In this document: positions 1 through 64,000 of the stretch, one piece after another
Position numbering within the stretch: the first letter of the stretch is position 1
Layout of the letters: the number at the start of each line of letters is the position of its first letter
DNA from: the human T2T-CHM13v2.0 reference genome, Homo sapiens
Reading direction: 5' to 3' (one strand)
Length of the DNA: 64,000 nt
NCBI RefSeq assembly: GCF_009914755.1
Contig: NC_060932.1
Program-made: the position numbers and the translations under genes
Notes under the pieces: model-generated
What the model was told of the DNA's origin: nothing
Seen by the model: only the letters and a program-made list of their open reading frames with translations
The model's database searches: none

Positions 1-404
1 GGTTGAGGCCTGTTTCTCAGGATATTGGGCCCACCATGGAATGAGTTGCATGACTTTCTTGCCTGGAGGTTGAACCCACCAAGTGAGACTTGGCAGGAAC
101 TTAAAATCACCATCCTTATTTGTCTGTAGTCATGAACATTCTTAACTGAAACCCAAATTACCATGGTTTTGAACAAGGATGTCAGAAAGTGCTCTGGAGT
201 CAAAAAATAAGGTCAAACCAGCAACTTAACTCCTAACACGCTTGCTTAAAGAAAAAAAATCACACAGTCATAATAAAGTTTATCTTATGAAAACATCACA
301 GTGACCGAAAGAGTATTTTGAGGGCGAGTTTCAAATCTGTTTTATGTTGGAAAAGGGATATCTGGACTCTGTGATTTCTCTCTGAATTTCCTCCTGTGTT
401 TCAG

Positions 405-61367
<60,963 letters not shown>

Positions 61368-62742
61368 GCAGGACGGCCGCCTTCTGCTGTCAGAATTTGC
61401 AATCAAGGGTGACTTCTCAGCTAATCCTACAGCCTGAGTGGTTAAGCTGTGTCTACACTGGTTGGGAATAAATTAAAAACAGTATTTGGGGGAGAAACGT
61501 GCAATAGCGTAATGGTGGTGTCCCTGCCAATTCCTTCCTTCTCTTCTGTACAGCAGAAGTAATTACAAGCACTTCTCACGAAGGCAGAAGACTGATGCAA
61601 TTTTCGAGTAATTGAGTGCAGTTCTGGGAAAATACCACATTCTTTTTGACTGCTGTAGTCCATATATGAATACTAAATGTTAAACTTCATCAGCGTCAGA
61701 CCTATTGTATCATATTAGAGAATTTGCAGACTAAGAATTTATGAGAAAATATATGTATTCAGTAGTGCAGGCATTTATTAACAATTCTTAAAAGTTTTAC
61801 CTGATTCAGATTCACGACTTTTATTTATATTCTATATTTTTGAATTTCAGAGTAAAATTTGTTAACAATTTTAAAAGCCAGGTAACACCTACCAGTCCAG
61901 TTAGCATGATTTGCTTTCAGAAGTGAGCTGGGTTTTCCAAAGTGGTATAATGTGTGTACTGTATATTTTAACAAAGTAATATTTTTGTATTGCATTTTTC
62001 TATTAAAAAATTAACAGTTAATGTTTCAGTCAATGTATTATCTGTAGCATTTCACAAATAATGTTTGCTTTGAACCAAAATGCTCAGTGCCTATCAACAT
62101 TTGGACTCAAGCATCAACACCAAATTATTCCTCCCTTCTCGTATAAATAGAGTGACTATCCACAGGAGAAAAGTGTGTGCTTTAGTATTAGAGGAGATAG
62201 GCAGAGAAGTCTTGCTTAGTTCCTTCGTGCAGCTTCTTGCCCCTGTTGACGTGGAATGCTGTGTCTGCTTTAGCACGCACGCTCCGAATGACTCCTGGTG
62301 CTAGGCCATGCTGGCTGCTGTCACTGAGCGGGACTCAGGCCAAGAGGCGTGACCTCGGGCCAGCCTGTCTGTTGTGCAGACGCCTCCTCTGCAGAACGCA
62401 TCAGTTTCTATTCTGCAGTTGCAGAGCCAGCCCCGCGTGAGAACGTGCATAATGAGTGCACACCATCATGTCAAGGTGCATACTTAGTGAGCGCCATCCT
62501 GCTGAACGTGTATTTCAGTGTTTCACTTACTGGACGGATAACAAGAAAAAAATCCTAACACAGGCAGTCACCAGAAATAAATGTCTCAGCACTTTACAGA
62601 TGACTAAAAATGTTAATTTTATGACTTAGCCAAATATGTTCTAGGTTGCATATATCCCCCATGTGAAAGTGATTTCTTCCCAAGCTTCTCAAACTGTTAG
62701 CTGCTGTCTGACTTCATCAATAAAGTATTTTTATTTTAAAAT
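61368..62742 (+). other. ARHGEF10: ARHGEF10 3' UTR (~1.37 kb; end approximate)
   Basis: AT-rich, repeat-free sequence between the stop codon and the distal AATAAA. Confidence 0.8.
62719..62724 (+). terminator. Likely main polyadenylation signal AATAAA
   Basis: AATAAA followed by a U-rich stretch and a U/GU-rich downstream element (tcttttctgtgtc ~62761-62773). Confidence 0.8.
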
Positions 62743-62964
62743 GCAGTAGGATGAGTTGCCTCTTTTCTGTGTCAAGTGGAAAGGGACATCAACCTCGGGG
62801 GGCTGGGTGGGGGGCTTGGCCTGCCCGTTCCTAGCTGCATCACCACTTGCTGCTTTGGGGAGACTCCGTGTCTGAATCCCAGCAACGCACCCAACTGCGT
62901 GGAGCACCGCGCTCTGAATTGGAAGTAGGCACTGGGAATCTTTCAAGCAACTCATGTACTTGTT

Positions 62965-63281
62965 CTTTATTTGTTTGAAGAGACAAAGTCTCCCTCTGTC
63001 GCACAGGTTGCAGTGCAGGGGCGTGATCATGGCTCACCATAACCCCCTGGGCTCCCACAGTCACTGCAGTCTCAACCTCCCAGGTTCAAGCAGTTCTCCC
63101 ACCTCAGTCTCCTGAGTAGCTGGGACTACAGATGCACACAACCACACCTAACTCTTTTTTTCTTTTTAACATTTTGTAGAGATGGGGTCTCGCTATGTTG
63201 TCCAGGCTAGTGTCAAACTCCTGACCTCAAGCAGTCCTCGTGTCTGAGCCTCCCAAAGTGCTAAGTTTCCTAGTGTGAGCC
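62965..63281 (-). mobile_element. Alu (AluJ-like), diverged, downstream of the gene
   Basis: Antisense Alu with an internal insertion. Confidence 0.85.
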
Positions 63282-64000
63282 AGGAGTTGGTTGGCAGAAT
63301 TTTGCCACCCTTCAAGCCTCTGATGGCGGCTCTGATCTCTGCGATTCTTCCAGGAAGGCAGGATGGATTTACTAATTTGGTAGAAAAGGGGAGGGGGGTT
63401 CAGAGGCTTCCAATTGATGTTCCTAATTCAGTGGTTCTGACTTCACAGTCATGCCCAGCCTACACTTGGCCATTCCATTTTGAGTTATGAGTAGAATGAG
63501 TTTCCTGTAAAATGTTCCTATTGTGGGTGTTTTACCAGACCAGGGCCAACACCTTACATGGAGAGATGAAATGGATGTGTAAAGTTAACTTGCTGGGACA
63601 GAAATCTTTCCACACGATTGATGGTGCGGGACATGGACAGAGTGGGGTCTGTGTAACTGACTCCTTAACTCCCTCTGCCCTCCTAGAGAAGAGAGACTTC
63701 CAGAGATCCTGAGAGAGGCAGACGCGGGAGGGCTTTGAGGGAGGAAGAGGTTGGAGAACGTGGGCTACAAAGAACTCCCGCTATGCCAGGACACGGGTTC
63801 TGCTTTCACAGTGAATGAGGAAAACAAGCATATCACCAACAAATGAAGCCGTGCAGACAGGCAAGTGCGTTCTCTAAGCAACAAGCTTCTACTGAGCACC
63901 TGATGAGTGTGAGAGGTGAGGCCAAGCTCTGTCTTAGGCCCTGAGGATGGGACAAGAGAGAAAAAGCCTCCCTTTGGGGTTGCCACTGCCGGTTTATTCC

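Overview
Human (or very close primate) genomic DNA carrying the 3' two-thirds of the + strand RhoGEF gene ARHGEF10, recognised from its protein sequence (human locus 8p23.3, from recall). I traced 16 GT-AG coding exons from 405 to 61367. Every junction is phase-compatible, giving 864 codons: the second half of the DH domain, a split PH-like domain and a WD40-like C-terminal region ending ...VWQIPLLNI*. These are probably exons 14-29 (residues ~481-1344) of the 1344-aa isoform; that numbering is from recall. The 3' UTR runs to about 62740. Introns hold about 14 Alus, L1 fragments, an MLT1 LTR, a Tigger4-type transposon and an unusually dense set of minisatellites. Nearly all other ORF-track entries are noise. 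There is no prokaryotic-type system, CRISPR array, rRNA or tRNA. Best unexplained signals: (1) a 42-nt antisense retrocopy of the ACTB mRNA 3' end with a target-site duplication and a CA repeat where the poly(A) should be; (2) a tandem duplication of the exon 27 end and its donor, whose use would give an NMD-escaping isoform with a new ~143-aa C-terminus; (3) a 1.3-kb 20-mer VNTR apparently born from an L1 3' UTR motif; (4) several candidate cryptic or poison exons.
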